From positions 105-64,104 of the forward strand of contig CACHCK010000003.1 in the NCBI GenBank assembly GCA_902578305.1: 64,000 nucleotides of DNA, read 5' to 3'. Source of the stretch: an uncultured Pelagibacteraceae bacterium. GTDB lineage: Bacteria; Pseudomonadota; Alphaproteobacteria; Pelagibacterales; AG-422-B15. The position numbers and the translations under genes are program-made. Below are positions 30,161-38,927 of this stretch, piece after piece (the stretch's first letter is position 1; every line of letters begins with the position of its first letter). Under the pieces are notes generated by a model, which searched no databases, had not been told where the DNA came from, and saw only the letters and a program-made list of their open reading frames with translations.

Positions 30161-31203
30161 ATACTTTTTGCGGCCTTTGACAGGTTTTTTAATTTAAGCA
30201 TTGCCATATCCCTGCTTAAATATCCTAGCCCACAATCAGGAGCTGCTATAAGCCTCTCTTTATCAATATGGTTTAGACAGGACAGCAATCTATCCCTAAT
30301 CACATCAATTTCTTCTACTTCACTTGAGGCAACCTTTATTAACCCAAATATTATTTTTTTTGACTTATACAACTCAAGTAGTTTTAAATCATTGTGTCTA
30401 TGAGCATCTTCAATAGATATGGTATCAATCAGACTATTCTCTAAGGCATCTGCAATTTCAAAATAACTTATTAATGGCGCTTTTGGATAATCATCTGCAT
30501 CAATTTTATCTGGATATCCACAACATATATGAGTTATCTTTTCACAGTCTGTAACTCCATGAAAACATCTTTCAAGATTATCTATTCCAAATTCGATTGC
30601 CTCTTTTGATTTTCTTGCAAATAAAGGTTCATCTACTTGTATATATTTACAGCCAGAATTGACTAATGACTTTATTTCTTTATTTATTGCCTCCCCTAAA
30701 TCTACTCCTAACATTTTATGATCATTATAAAATTCATCAGCAATTGTATCTGTGATAGTCAATGGTCCAGGTATTGTAACTTTAATAGGATTTTTTGATA
30801 TTGACTGATTAATTTCGTATTCTTTATTTAAAAACGACCCAATAAATTCAACTTTATTTGTGATTGTTGGAAGCCAACAATCATAATTACCTGTTCTCGC
30901 TGTTTTCTTAGTTAACTTTTCAAAATCGATCCCACCGAGATGCCTGCAGTGATAATGAATATAATTTTCTCGTCTCACTTCACCGTCCGTAATAATATCA
31001 ATCCCGCACTCAATTTGATCTTTAATAATATTCTCTGAGGCAAGTTTTATTTGGACCTCATATTCTTCTCCCATTTTTAGTTTTGCTTGTTCCCACTTAG
31101 ATGTTGGGTATTCAGCATCTGTTCCTTTCTCATCTTTGAACCAATCAGGTAAAGTTAAGGAATCCGGCTTAGGGTAGGCGCCAATTGTAGTTGTTAAAAT
31201 CAT
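30157..31203 (-). CDS. Single-barrel (core) MetE-like Zn-dependent thiol alkyltransferase
   Basis: TTTIGAYPKP, TDGEVRR, PGPLT, IQVDEP, HICCG, APDCGL; 348 aa, lacking the N-terminal barrel of MetE. Confidence 0.85.
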   Translation of the reverse strand: MILTTTIGAYPKPDSLTLPDWFKDEKGTDAEYPTSKWEQAKLKMGEEYEVQIKLASENIIKDQIECGIDIITDGEVRRENYIHYHCRHLGGIDFEKLTKKTARTGNYDCWLPTITNKVEFIGSFLNKEYEINQSISKNPIKVTIPGPLTITDTIADEFYNDHKMLGVDLGEAINKEIKSLVNSGCKYIQVDEPLFARKSKEAIEFGIDNLERCFHGVTDCEKITHICCGYPDKIDADDYPKAPLISYFEIADALENSLIDTISIEDAHRHNDLKLLELYKSKKIIFGLIKVASSEVEEIDVIRDRLLSCLNHIDKERLIAAPDCGLGYLSRDMAMLKLKNLSKAAKSI

Positions 31204-31209
31204 ACAAAA

Positions 31210-31237
31210 AGTCTATTTAAAACAATAATTTAGCCAA
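31210..31237 (-). promoter_or_regulatory. Putative promoter giving a leaderless MetE-like mRNA
   Basis: Minus strand TTGGCT-16 nt-TAGACT-6 nt-ATG. Confidence 0.4.
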
Positions 31238-31474
31238 GAAATAAATGAACTAAAAAATAAAAATAATAATCATTTTTATCAATGCTTTATAGGATAAATC
31301 TAAAGTATCTATTTATGATTAATTTTTATGTATATTTATCATGTATTTAGATAAAGATCCATTTAAAGAAAATTAATTAACTTATTAAATTTCTCTAACT
31401 TTGTTCTTTACAGCTACCTCTATATGTATGAAAATTTTTATCAATTAAACAAATAAATTAAATGAGGAGTAGCC

Positions 31475-32620
31475 GTGAAGAAAATTAATAAAACTCTTAA
31501 GGCTGCAAAAGTTTCAAGAAGATCAGTCCTGAAAGGTGCAGCTGCAACTGGTGCAGCAGCAGCTATTGGGCCTTGGTATATTCCAAACGCTTTTGCTGCT
31601 CCCGTTGTTAATGTTTTAATGTGGGGCGAATATTTGCCGGACTCAGTAGTTGCAGATTTCAAAGCAAAAACTGGAATTACTGTTAACCATACTAAAATAG
31701 GTGATAACGGTGAAATTATATCAAAAATGAAAGCTGGTGGTGGAGCCGGTTATGACCTTGCAAGTCCAACAAATATGAGAGCTTTGCAATGGGCTGACCT
31801 TGGCGTACTTGCCCCATTTGATATGAATCGAATAAACACAAGCGCTGTTAACCCAGGAATGCTAGCTGTTGGTGAGCGTGACTGGAATTTTGGTGGAAAA
31901 GGATCTCACTGGGTACCACAACTTTGGGGTACTGAGTCAATTTCTTGGAGAACCGACAAATGGCAACCCGATGGACTTCCAAGCTTTGGAGATATTTGGG
32001 AGCCTAATCCTGGAATAGATGGCGCATTCATGATGGGTAGAACATACTCAATGATGACTGGATGTGGTATTTGGATGCATCATCAAGGCAAAATGGATTT
32101 CTGGTCTTCGTATAACGATGAAGATACAATGAGAAAGAATTGGGAAACAATTACTGACTATTGTATTTCAAAAAAAGGAAATCTTGTTAAATTTTGGTCT
32201 GGTGCCGATCCTCAGAAACAAGGTTTCACATCTGATGGTGTTGTCGTTGGACAAACTTGGGATGGTCCTATAGCAGCAATGATGAAAGCTGGAGAACCAG
32301 TTGCGTACCAAACTACTGATGAGGGTGCGTTGGCATGGATCGACGGTATAACAATGTCTGCAAAAGCAGAAAACATTGATGAAGCTTATGAGTTAATCAA
32401 TTACAGTTTTACACCAGAAGTAGGCGGTCAAACTGTGAATGAAATCGGTTATAACTCAGCTGTTAATGGAGCTTCTGACCATTACTCAGATGAAACTAAA
32501 GCTTTAGCAAAAGCAATATATCCGGGGGATACTTCGACCAAGTTAAATCCTTGGCCACCAGAACCGCCATGGTATGCTGATGCAAGAGCTGAATACGCTA
32601 ACAAATTTGAAACAGCGTAA
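31475..32620 (+). CDS. PotD/PotF-family ABC substrate-binding protein with Tat signal
   Basis: SRRSVLK Tat motif, WGEYLP, GQTWDG, EGALAWIDG; SD gaggag before GTG. Confidence 0.88.
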   Translation: MKKINKTLKAAKVSRRSVLKGAAATGAAAAIGPWYIPNAFAAPVVNVLMWGEYLPDSVVADFKAKTGITVNHTKIGDNGEIISKMKAGGGAGYDLASPTNMRALQWADLGVLAPFDMNRINTSAVNPGMLAVGERDWNFGGKGSHWVPQLWGTESISWRTDKWQPDGLPSFGDIWEPNPGIDGAFMMGRTYSMMTGCGIWMHHQGKMDFWSSYNDEDTMRKNWETITDYCISKKGNLVKFWSGADPQKQGFTSDGVVVGQTWDGPIAAMMKAGEPVAYQTTDEGALAWIDGITMSAKAENIDEAYELINYSFTPEVGGQTVNEIGYNSAVNGASDHYSDETKALAKAIYPGDTSTKLNPWPPEPPWYADARAEYANKFETA

Positions 32621-32643
32621 TTAGTTCTCTAGGATTAGGTATT

Positions 32644-32676
32644 AAAAGCGCCCAAGGCATTGTCTTGGGCGTTTTT
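32644..32676 (+). terminator. Intrinsic terminator/stabilising hairpin after the binding-protein gene
   Basis: aaaagcgcccaagg-cattg-tcttgggcgttttt. Confidence 0.85.
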
Positions 32677-32718
32677 ATTGAATCGTGTTTTTCAGTTAAA
32701 TCATTATAATTTGTATCA

Positions 32719-33816
32719 ATGAGCGCAGACGTAGAGTTAAGTGATGTTTCGGTAACATTTGGCAGTTTTTATGCCGCCAAGAATGTCAATGTGAAAGTAA
32801 ATGGAGGTGAGTTCTTCAGCTTCTTAGGACCTTCGGGCTGCGGGAAGACTACTCTTTTAAGGGCTATATCTGGATTTCAAGAACCTTCTGAAGGTAAAGT
32901 GCTTATTGACAATAAAGATATGTCTGGAATTGGTCCAAATAAAAGACCAACCGCGTTAATATTTCAAAACTTAGCTCTGTTTCCTCTCATGAGTGTATCA
33001 GAAAATATTGCATTTTCCCTTGAAGTAAGGGGCGTATCAAAAGAAGAAAGAAAAAAAAGAGCGGATGAACTTTTGGAACTGATAGCCTTAGAGGGACAAG
33101 GAGATAAAAAAGTTCATCAACTCTCTGGAGGTCAAAAACAAAGAGTAGCCATTGCAAGAGCCTTAGCTGTTGAGCCAAAAGTTCTTCTTTTAGATGAACC
33201 ATTGTCTGCCTTGGATTTAAAACTTCGTCAAAGAATGAGAACAGAACTTAGAGAAATACAAAAAAGAGTAAACATTACATTCATTTATATAACGCACGAT
33301 CAAGGAGAAGCTCTAACAATGTCTGATCGAATAGCGGTTATGAATGAAGGAGAGCTCGAGCAAATTGGAAAATGCGACGAAGTTTATAACAATCCATTAA
33401 CACCATTTGTTGCAACATTCGTTGGTGAGAATAATCCTTTATATGGAAAAGTTACGGGTATTGAGGGAGATAAAGCTAGAATTGAAACTGCTGATGGGCA
33501 ATATTTAGCAACGATGAATGAAAGCAAAAAGTTAAATATTGGTGATGAGTCAATTGCATTTGTTAGACCTGAGTCTTTGTTTATACCAAGAGATGGCGAT
33601 AACTTTGATAATAAAATTGATGTGAATATTGAAAGTTTTGAATTTGAAGGTAATTTAAAAAATTTTTACGCAAGCCTTAAATCGGGAGCAAAAATTAAAT
33701 TTTCAGTACCAAACGCCATAGATACATCCTCTATAACCTCAGGATCGTCAATCGTGCTAGGTTTTGAATCTTCAAAATCAGTAATATTACCTAAAGCATC
33801 TCTAGCTATAGATTAA
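32719..33816 (+). CDS. potA: Polyamine-type ABC transporter ATPase
   Basis: GPSGCGKT, FQNLALFP, LSGGQ, LLLDEP, THDQ, C-terminal TOBE-like region. Confidence 0.88.
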   Translation: MSADVELSDVSVTFGSFYAAKNVNVKVNGGEFFSFLGPSGCGKTTLLRAISGFQEPSEGKVLIDNKDMSGIGPNKRPTALIFQNLALFPLMSVSENIAFSLEVRGVSKEERKKRADELLELIALEGQGDKKVHQLSGGQKQRVAIARALAVEPKVLLLDEPLSALDLKLRQRMRTELREIQKRVNITFIYITHDQGEALTMSDRIAVMNEGELEQIGKCDEVYNNPLTPFVATFVGENNPLYGKVTGIEGDKARIETADGQYLATMNESKKLNIGDESIAFVRPESLFIPRDGDNFDNKIDVNIESFEFEGNLKNFYASLKSGAKIKFSVPNAIDTSSITSGSSIVLGFESSKSVILPKASLAID

Positions 33817-33819
33817 GTC

Positions 33820-34749
33820 ATGAACAATTTTTTATTTACTCAACCATTTTTTAAGAAAAACGGTAAGGCAGTTGCGATATATTTTTTAGTAGCAATAATA
33901 TTTTGGTTTGTTTTCTTAGTTATAATTCCACAATTTTATATGTTAGATTTATCATTTAGAACCAACGTCCCCCCTTTAGCAAGAGGTGGACCTGAAGATT
34001 ATTATACTTTTGAACACTATAGCCACTTTATATTTGGATCTAAGACAGCCACTGATGCTTTTAACTTTGTTGATTTAGGTGTATTTGGAAGAACTATCTT
34101 TGTTTCAATGCTTGTCACAATTGCAAATCTGCTATTTTGCTATCCAATAGCATTTTACATAGCGAAAATTGCAAACCCTAGTACCGCTAGACTTCTTATT
34201 GTTTCTCTGATTATTCCTTTCTGGATTAATGAATTGCTTAGATCATTCGCATTGAGGATTTTGTTTGCAAACGAAGGTGTAATTAACAATTTCTTGACCG
34301 GGGTTGGAATACTTGATCAAGGAATCCTATTTATCACTTATGATATCGGTTTATATACCGGCTTAATATACGCTTATATTTTGCTAATGATGTTCCCTCT
34401 CTATAATGCAATCGAAAGTTTGGACATTAATCAAATCGAGGCAGCAAAAGATTTAGGTTCCTCATCTTTTAGAACGCATTGGAGAATAGTTATTCCTCAT
34501 GCTAAACCAGGCATTGTATCTGGCTGTACAATGGTTTTTATGTTAACTGTTGGAGCACTAGCAACGCCAGTTGTTTTAAGTAGCCCTAATACTTTATGGT
34601 TTCCTCAATTGATATATCAATGGTTTAATATGAATGACAACTGGTCACGAGGATCAGCTTATTCAATCATTTTGTTAATTGTTTCTGTTATTTTCGTACT
34701 CACAATGATGCGAATATTTAAAGTTAGGATTGGAGAAATTATTAGGTGA
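33820..34749 (+). CDS. potB: Polyamine-type ABC permease
   Basis: IIPFWINELLR, EAAKDLG, KPGI. Confidence 0.85.
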   Translation: MNNFLFTQPFFKKNGKAVAIYFLVAIIFWFVFLVIIPQFYMLDLSFRTNVPPLARGGPEDYYTFEHYSHFIFGSKTATDAFNFVDLGVFGRTIFVSMLVTIANLLFCYPIAFYIAKIANPSTARLLIVSLIIPFWINELLRSFALRILFANEGVINNFLTGVGILDQGILFITYDIGLYTGLIYAYILLMMFPLYNAIESLDINQIEAAKDLGSSSFRTHWRIVIPHAKPGIVSGCTMVFMLTVGALATPVVLSSPNTLWFPQLIYQWFNMNDNWSRGSAYSIILLIVSVIFVLTMMRIFKVRIGEIIR

Positions 34750-35954
34750 GACCGAGCTATTTTATAAATTTCATGATGGGAATATATATTTTTATATTTT
34801 TTGCATACTTATTCGGACCTTTAATCATCATGAGCATTACAGCATTCAACTCTGCAGAATTTCCCTCGATCACACCTTGGGAATGTTTTAGTTTTAGATG
34901 GTTTAATGAAGGTAAAATTGCTTACGATGGACAACATCTGGCAGGGCTTTTATCTGACTGGAGACTTCACGATGGCATTATTAGCAGTTTGATTATAGGA
35001 GCAGGAGTTGTAACTCTCTCCGTACCAATTGGAATGGCCGCAGCAATAGTATTAACTCAAGTGCGTTCGCAGTTGAGGGATATTTATTACTCAATTTCGA
35101 TTATGCCCGTTTTATTTCCCGGTGTGATAATTGGTATTTCAACAGTCGTTTTATGGGACCGAATAGCAGGCTTAGGAGGAGAGGGTTTTATTGCAGATAT
35201 TGGAAGAAACGGAATATTTCTAACAATTTTGGCTCAAACCTGTTTTATATCTACCTATTGTTTTTTAATATTTGTTGCAAGACTACAAAGATTTGATCAG
35301 ACTCAAGAAGAGGCAGCTTTAGACCTTGGAGCGTCGCAAACTCAAGTATTTTTTAAAATTTTAGTTCCTTACTTAAGCCCCGCAATAGCATCGGCTGCAG
35401 TAATTGCTTTTTTATTTTCATTTGAAAATTATAACACGACTGTATTTAGCATTTTATCGGATCAAACATTAACAACTGTAATTGCATCAAAAGTAAGGCT
35501 GGGAATAAGTCCTGCATTGAGTGCATTAGCTTTAACAATAATAGCGTTAACTATTATAGCTGCAGTTACCTATGAGGTTTTACGAAGAAAAGCAGAAAAA
35601 CGATATGCAGAGTCACAGGAAAAGTTTGTAAAAGAAAAAGCAGCAGACAATAGAATTAATAAAAAATATAAAGCTGGTTTTAAAATTCCAAAGGGAATTA
35701 CCGCTATATTGTTAATAGTGGTCTTTGCTACCTATGGAGCTACCCAAATAGTGAAAAATGATCTATACGGACAATCATGTATTGATGCTGCTGATAAGGA
35801 GAAAAAATCCAAATTTCTTGAACAATTGCAAACTTTAGAGTCTAATGAACTTACTGATGAAGAGCTTTCTGGAGGGTCCTTAGGTGGCAATCAGGATTAC
35901 GGAGATATATTTGGAGACCCATCATTATTCCAAGATTTTGGAGGATTTGATTAA
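34746..35954 (+). CDS. potC: Polyamine-type ABC permease with long C-terminal extension
   Basis: EEAALDLGA, FLFSFEN; GTGA overlap with potB. Confidence 0.82.
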   Translation: MRPSYFINFMMGIYIFIFFAYLFGPLIIMSITAFNSAEFPSITPWECFSFRWFNEGKIAYDGQHLAGLLSDWRLHDGIISSLIIGAGVVTLSVPIGMAAAIVLTQVRSQLRDIYYSISIMPVLFPGVIIGISTVVLWDRIAGLGGEGFIADIGRNGIFLTILAQTCFISTYCFLIFVARLQRFDQTQEEAALDLGASQTQVFFKILVPYLSPAIASAAVIAFLFSFENYNTTVFSILSDQTLTTVIASKVRLGISPALSALALTIIALTIIAAVTYEVLRRKAEKRYAESQEKFVKEKAADNRINKKYKAGFKIPKGITAILLIVVFATYGATQIVKNDLYGQSCIDAADKEKKSKFLEQLQTLESNELTDEELSGGSLGGNQDYGDIFGDPSLFQDFGGFD

Positions 35955-35960
35955 TAGATT

Positions 35961-36920
35961 ATGAGCGATAAAAAAGAACCAATTCAACCAGTAAGCGGAA
36001 CAGTTGTTCCTAGGTATGCTGGCCCATCTACATTTGCACGTCTTCCCGAGCTGAGAGATGTTGAAGATTGTGATGTAGCAATTATAGGCGTACCATTTGA
36101 TGCGGGTACGAGTTATCGTCCTGGGGCTAGATTTGGTCCTCAAAGTGTAAGACAAGCCTCTCGACAACTAAGAACGAATTATCATCCAAATTATGATGTT
36201 GAACCTTTCAAAGTTCAACAGGTAGCTGATGCTGGGGACATAGCCTGTAATCCCTTCGATATTGACGAAGCAATTAAGCAAATTGAAAAAGGATCTACTG
36301 AGCTGCTTCAAGAAGTTGGAAGTATTGTAACTATTGGCGGTGACCACACGATTGCATTGCCATTACTCCGATCAATTAATAAAAAGGTTGGTGGTCCGGT
36401 TGCCTTAGTCCACTTTGACGCTCACTTGGATACTTGGGACACGTACTTCGGAGCTCCTTATACGCACGGTACACCATTTAGAAGAGCAAGAGAAGAAAAG
36501 TTATTTTTGGATGATGCATCAATGCATATTGGAATTCGTGGCCCTCTTTACAGTACAAATGATTTAAAAAATGATCGTGAATTAGGTTTTAAAACAATTC
36601 ACTGCGATGAATTCCAAACAAACACAATTGATCAAATTGTTAAAAGAATAAAAGATAGAATTGGCAATAATCCATTATATATATCCATAGATATTGATGT
36701 TTTAGATCCAGCTCATGCTCCTGGAACTGGAACTCCAGAAGTTGCGGGAATGACCACAAGAGAAATTTTAAACGTATTAAGAGGATTGGCAGGTTCACAG
36801 CTTATTTCAGCAGACGTAGTCGAAGTCGCTCCAGCCTATGATCATGCAGAACTTACGTCGACCGCTGCAGCAACAATTGTTTATGAGCTAATAAATATTA
36901 TTGCAAGAAACCCAAAGTAA
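35961..36920 (+). CDS. speB: Agmatinase/guanidinobutyrase-family ureohydrolase
   Basis: RPGARFGP, GGDHT, DAHLD, HGTPF, DIDVLDP..APGTGTP. Confidence 0.88.
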   Translation: MSDKKEPIQPVSGTVVPRYAGPSTFARLPELRDVEDCDVAIIGVPFDAGTSYRPGARFGPQSVRQASRQLRTNYHPNYDVEPFKVQQVADAGDIACNPFDIDEAIKQIEKGSTELLQEVGSIVTIGGDHTIALPLLRSINKKVGGPVALVHFDAHLDTWDTYFGAPYTHGTPFRRAREEKLFLDDASMHIGIRGPLYSTNDLKNDRELGFKTIHCDEFQTNTIDQIVKRIKDRIGNNPLYISIDIDVLDPAHAPGTGTPEVAGMTTREILNVLRGLAGSQLISADVVEVAPAYDHAELTSTAAATIVYELINIIARNPK

Positions 36921-36921
36921 T

Positions 36922-37701
36922 CTATTTAATTTCAAACCAGATTGGAACATGATCAGAGGGTCTTTCAAGACCTCTAAATTGTTTTTCTATTTGACAGTCA
37001 GTTATTCGATCAACAGCACTTGGTGTTGCAAGAAAATGATCAATTCGAAGACCGTTGTCTTTTTCCCATGATCCCCTTGAATAGTCCCAGTATGTGAACT
37101 CATATGGTTTAGAATTATAAATTCTTAGCACATCAGACAGACCTAAATTTATGATTTCTCTGTAAATTTTTATAGAGTCTGGATGATGCAAAGCGTCATT
37201 TTTCCACTTATTAATATCAACCGCGTCATCAGAACCTGGTATAATATTGTAATCCCCTCCAAATATAACTGTTTCGTGGTTTTCTATTTTATTTTGAGCA
37301 TACTTTTTAAATCTCCTCATCCAATCTAATTTGTAAGGAAATTTTTCAGTATCAATAGGATTGCCATTAGGGAGATATAAAGAGACAATATTAAAAGGAT
37401 TTTCGACTTGTACTTGTGCATCAATAAATCTTGCTTGAGCATCTTCTTTGTTTCCTGGTAAAATATCTGTAATTTTTTTTATTGGGGCTTTTGATAAAAT
37501 AGCCACTCCATTATATGATTTTTGACCCTTTTTAATTATTTGGTACCCAAGTGAAGAAATCTCTTCTTCTGGAAAGTTTTCATCAGTTGATTTCGTTTCC
37601 TGAAGCATGATTATATCTGGTTTAACTGTTTTATCTAATTCAATTAAATGAGGTAAACGAACCCTTATTGAATTTACATTCCAACTTACTATTTTTACCA
37701 T
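36922..37701 (-). CDS. xth: Exodeoxyribonuclease III
   Basis: SWNVNSI, LQETK, YNGVA, YLPNG, GDYN, GLRIDH, SDHVP. Confidence 0.95.
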   Translation of the reverse strand: MVKIVSWNVNSIRVRLPHLIELDKTVKPDIIMLQETKSTDENFPEEEISSLGYQIIKKGQKSYNGVAILSKAPIKKITDILPGNKEDAQARFIDAQVQVENPFNIVSLYLPNGNPIDTEKFPYKLDWMRRFKKYAQNKIENHETVIFGGDYNIIPGSDDAVDINKWKNDALHHPDSIKIYREIINLGLSDVLRIYNSKPYEFTYWDYSRGSWEKDNGLRIDHFLATPSAVDRITDCQIEKQFRGLERPSDHVPIWFEIK

Positions 37702-37787
37702 CCGTATTCTTTTATTGTTATTTTAAGATTCTTAAAGTAATGAGTTTATTGTACAATAAAAATTTATGTTACCAATTCTATTTAGTG

Positions 37788-38924
37788 ATGATTTCTGAAG
37801 ATTTATCTTTTATTTCAACCAATCAAGAAACTTCGAAAGGTAGGCTGTATAAAGAGAATTACAGTCAAACTAGATCAGAGTTCCAGCGGGATCGTGATCG
37901 AATTCTTCATTCTGCTGCCTTTAGACGGCTTAAACACAAGACACAGGTATTTGTTTCAAATGAAGGAGATCACTACAGGACAAGATTAACACATTCGCTT
38001 GAAGTGTCACAAATTGCTAGGTCAATAAGTAAAATATTCAATCTCAATGAAGATTTAACTGAAACATTATCCTTAAGTCATGATATTGGTCACCCACCAT
38101 TTGGACATGCTGGAGAAGATGCTCTTTCAGAATGCATGGTTTCCCATGAGGGGTTTGACCATAATGATCAGGCAATTAGAATTGTACATTTGTTAGAAAA
38201 AAAGTATTTTGATTTTGAAGGCTTAAACTTAACGTGGGAAACACTTGAAGGACTCGTAAAGCATAATGGGCCGATGACAAAAGATGTTCCAAAAACCATT
38301 GAAGCTCTCGATAAAGAGTTTGACTTAAAGTTGAATGAGTTTTCTTCAATTGAAGCGCAAATAGCTTCAATAGCAGATGACATTGCATACAACAATCATG
38401 ATTTAGATGATGGACTAAGAGCAGGTTTTTTTTCGTATGATGATCTGGCTGAATTGCCAATGATTGGTGAAATTATAAAAAATTTTCCAAAAAATTATAA
38501 CTCTTATGATATGCAGCGCATAAATAATGAAATTACAAGAAAATCAACTTCAATTATGATTACTGATGTAATTAATACAATTAGTAAGAAAGTTAAAAAA
38601 TCAAAAGTAAGATGCAATGAAGATGTTAGGCTTAATAATGAAAAAATTGCTGACTTTTCAGATAAAACAAAAGAAGAAGTAAAGTATATTAGATCTTTCC
38701 TATCAATGAAAATGTATAATCATGATAAAGTAAAAGCAATGACCAGTAACGCCCATCAAATTATATCATCACTATTCAAACTATTTATAGAACAAGATGA
38801 AAAATTCATAAAAGAACATATGAAAAAAATTATTTCTGATAAGGATAAACCAAGAGCAGTATGCGACTTCATAGCTGGAATGACTGATAATTATGCTCAG
38901 AATTTTTATAATAAATTTAATTAG
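37788..38924 (+). CDS. dgt: Deoxyguanosinetriphosphate triphosphohydrolase
   Basis: FQRDRDRI, RTRLTHSLEV, HDIGHPPFGH, GMTD; start moved to ATG 37788. Confidence 0.93.
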   Translation: MISEDLSFISTNQETSKGRLYKENYSQTRSEFQRDRDRILHSAAFRRLKHKTQVFVSNEGDHYRTRLTHSLEVSQIARSISKIFNLNEDLTETLSLSHDIGHPPFGHAGEDALSECMVSHEGFDHNDQAIRIVHLLEKKYFDFEGLNLTWETLEGLVKHNGPMTKDVPKTIEALDKEFDLKLNEFSSIEAQIASIADDIAYNNHDLDDGLRAGFFSYDDLAELPMIGEIIKNFPKNYNSYDMQRINNEITRKSTSIMITDVINTISKKVKKSKVRCNEDVRLNNEKIADFSDKTKEEVKYIRSFLSMKMYNHDKVKAMTSNAHQIISSLFKLFIEQDEKFIKEHMKKIISDKDKPRAVCDFIAGMTDNYAQNFYNKFN

Positions 38925-38927
38925 CTT

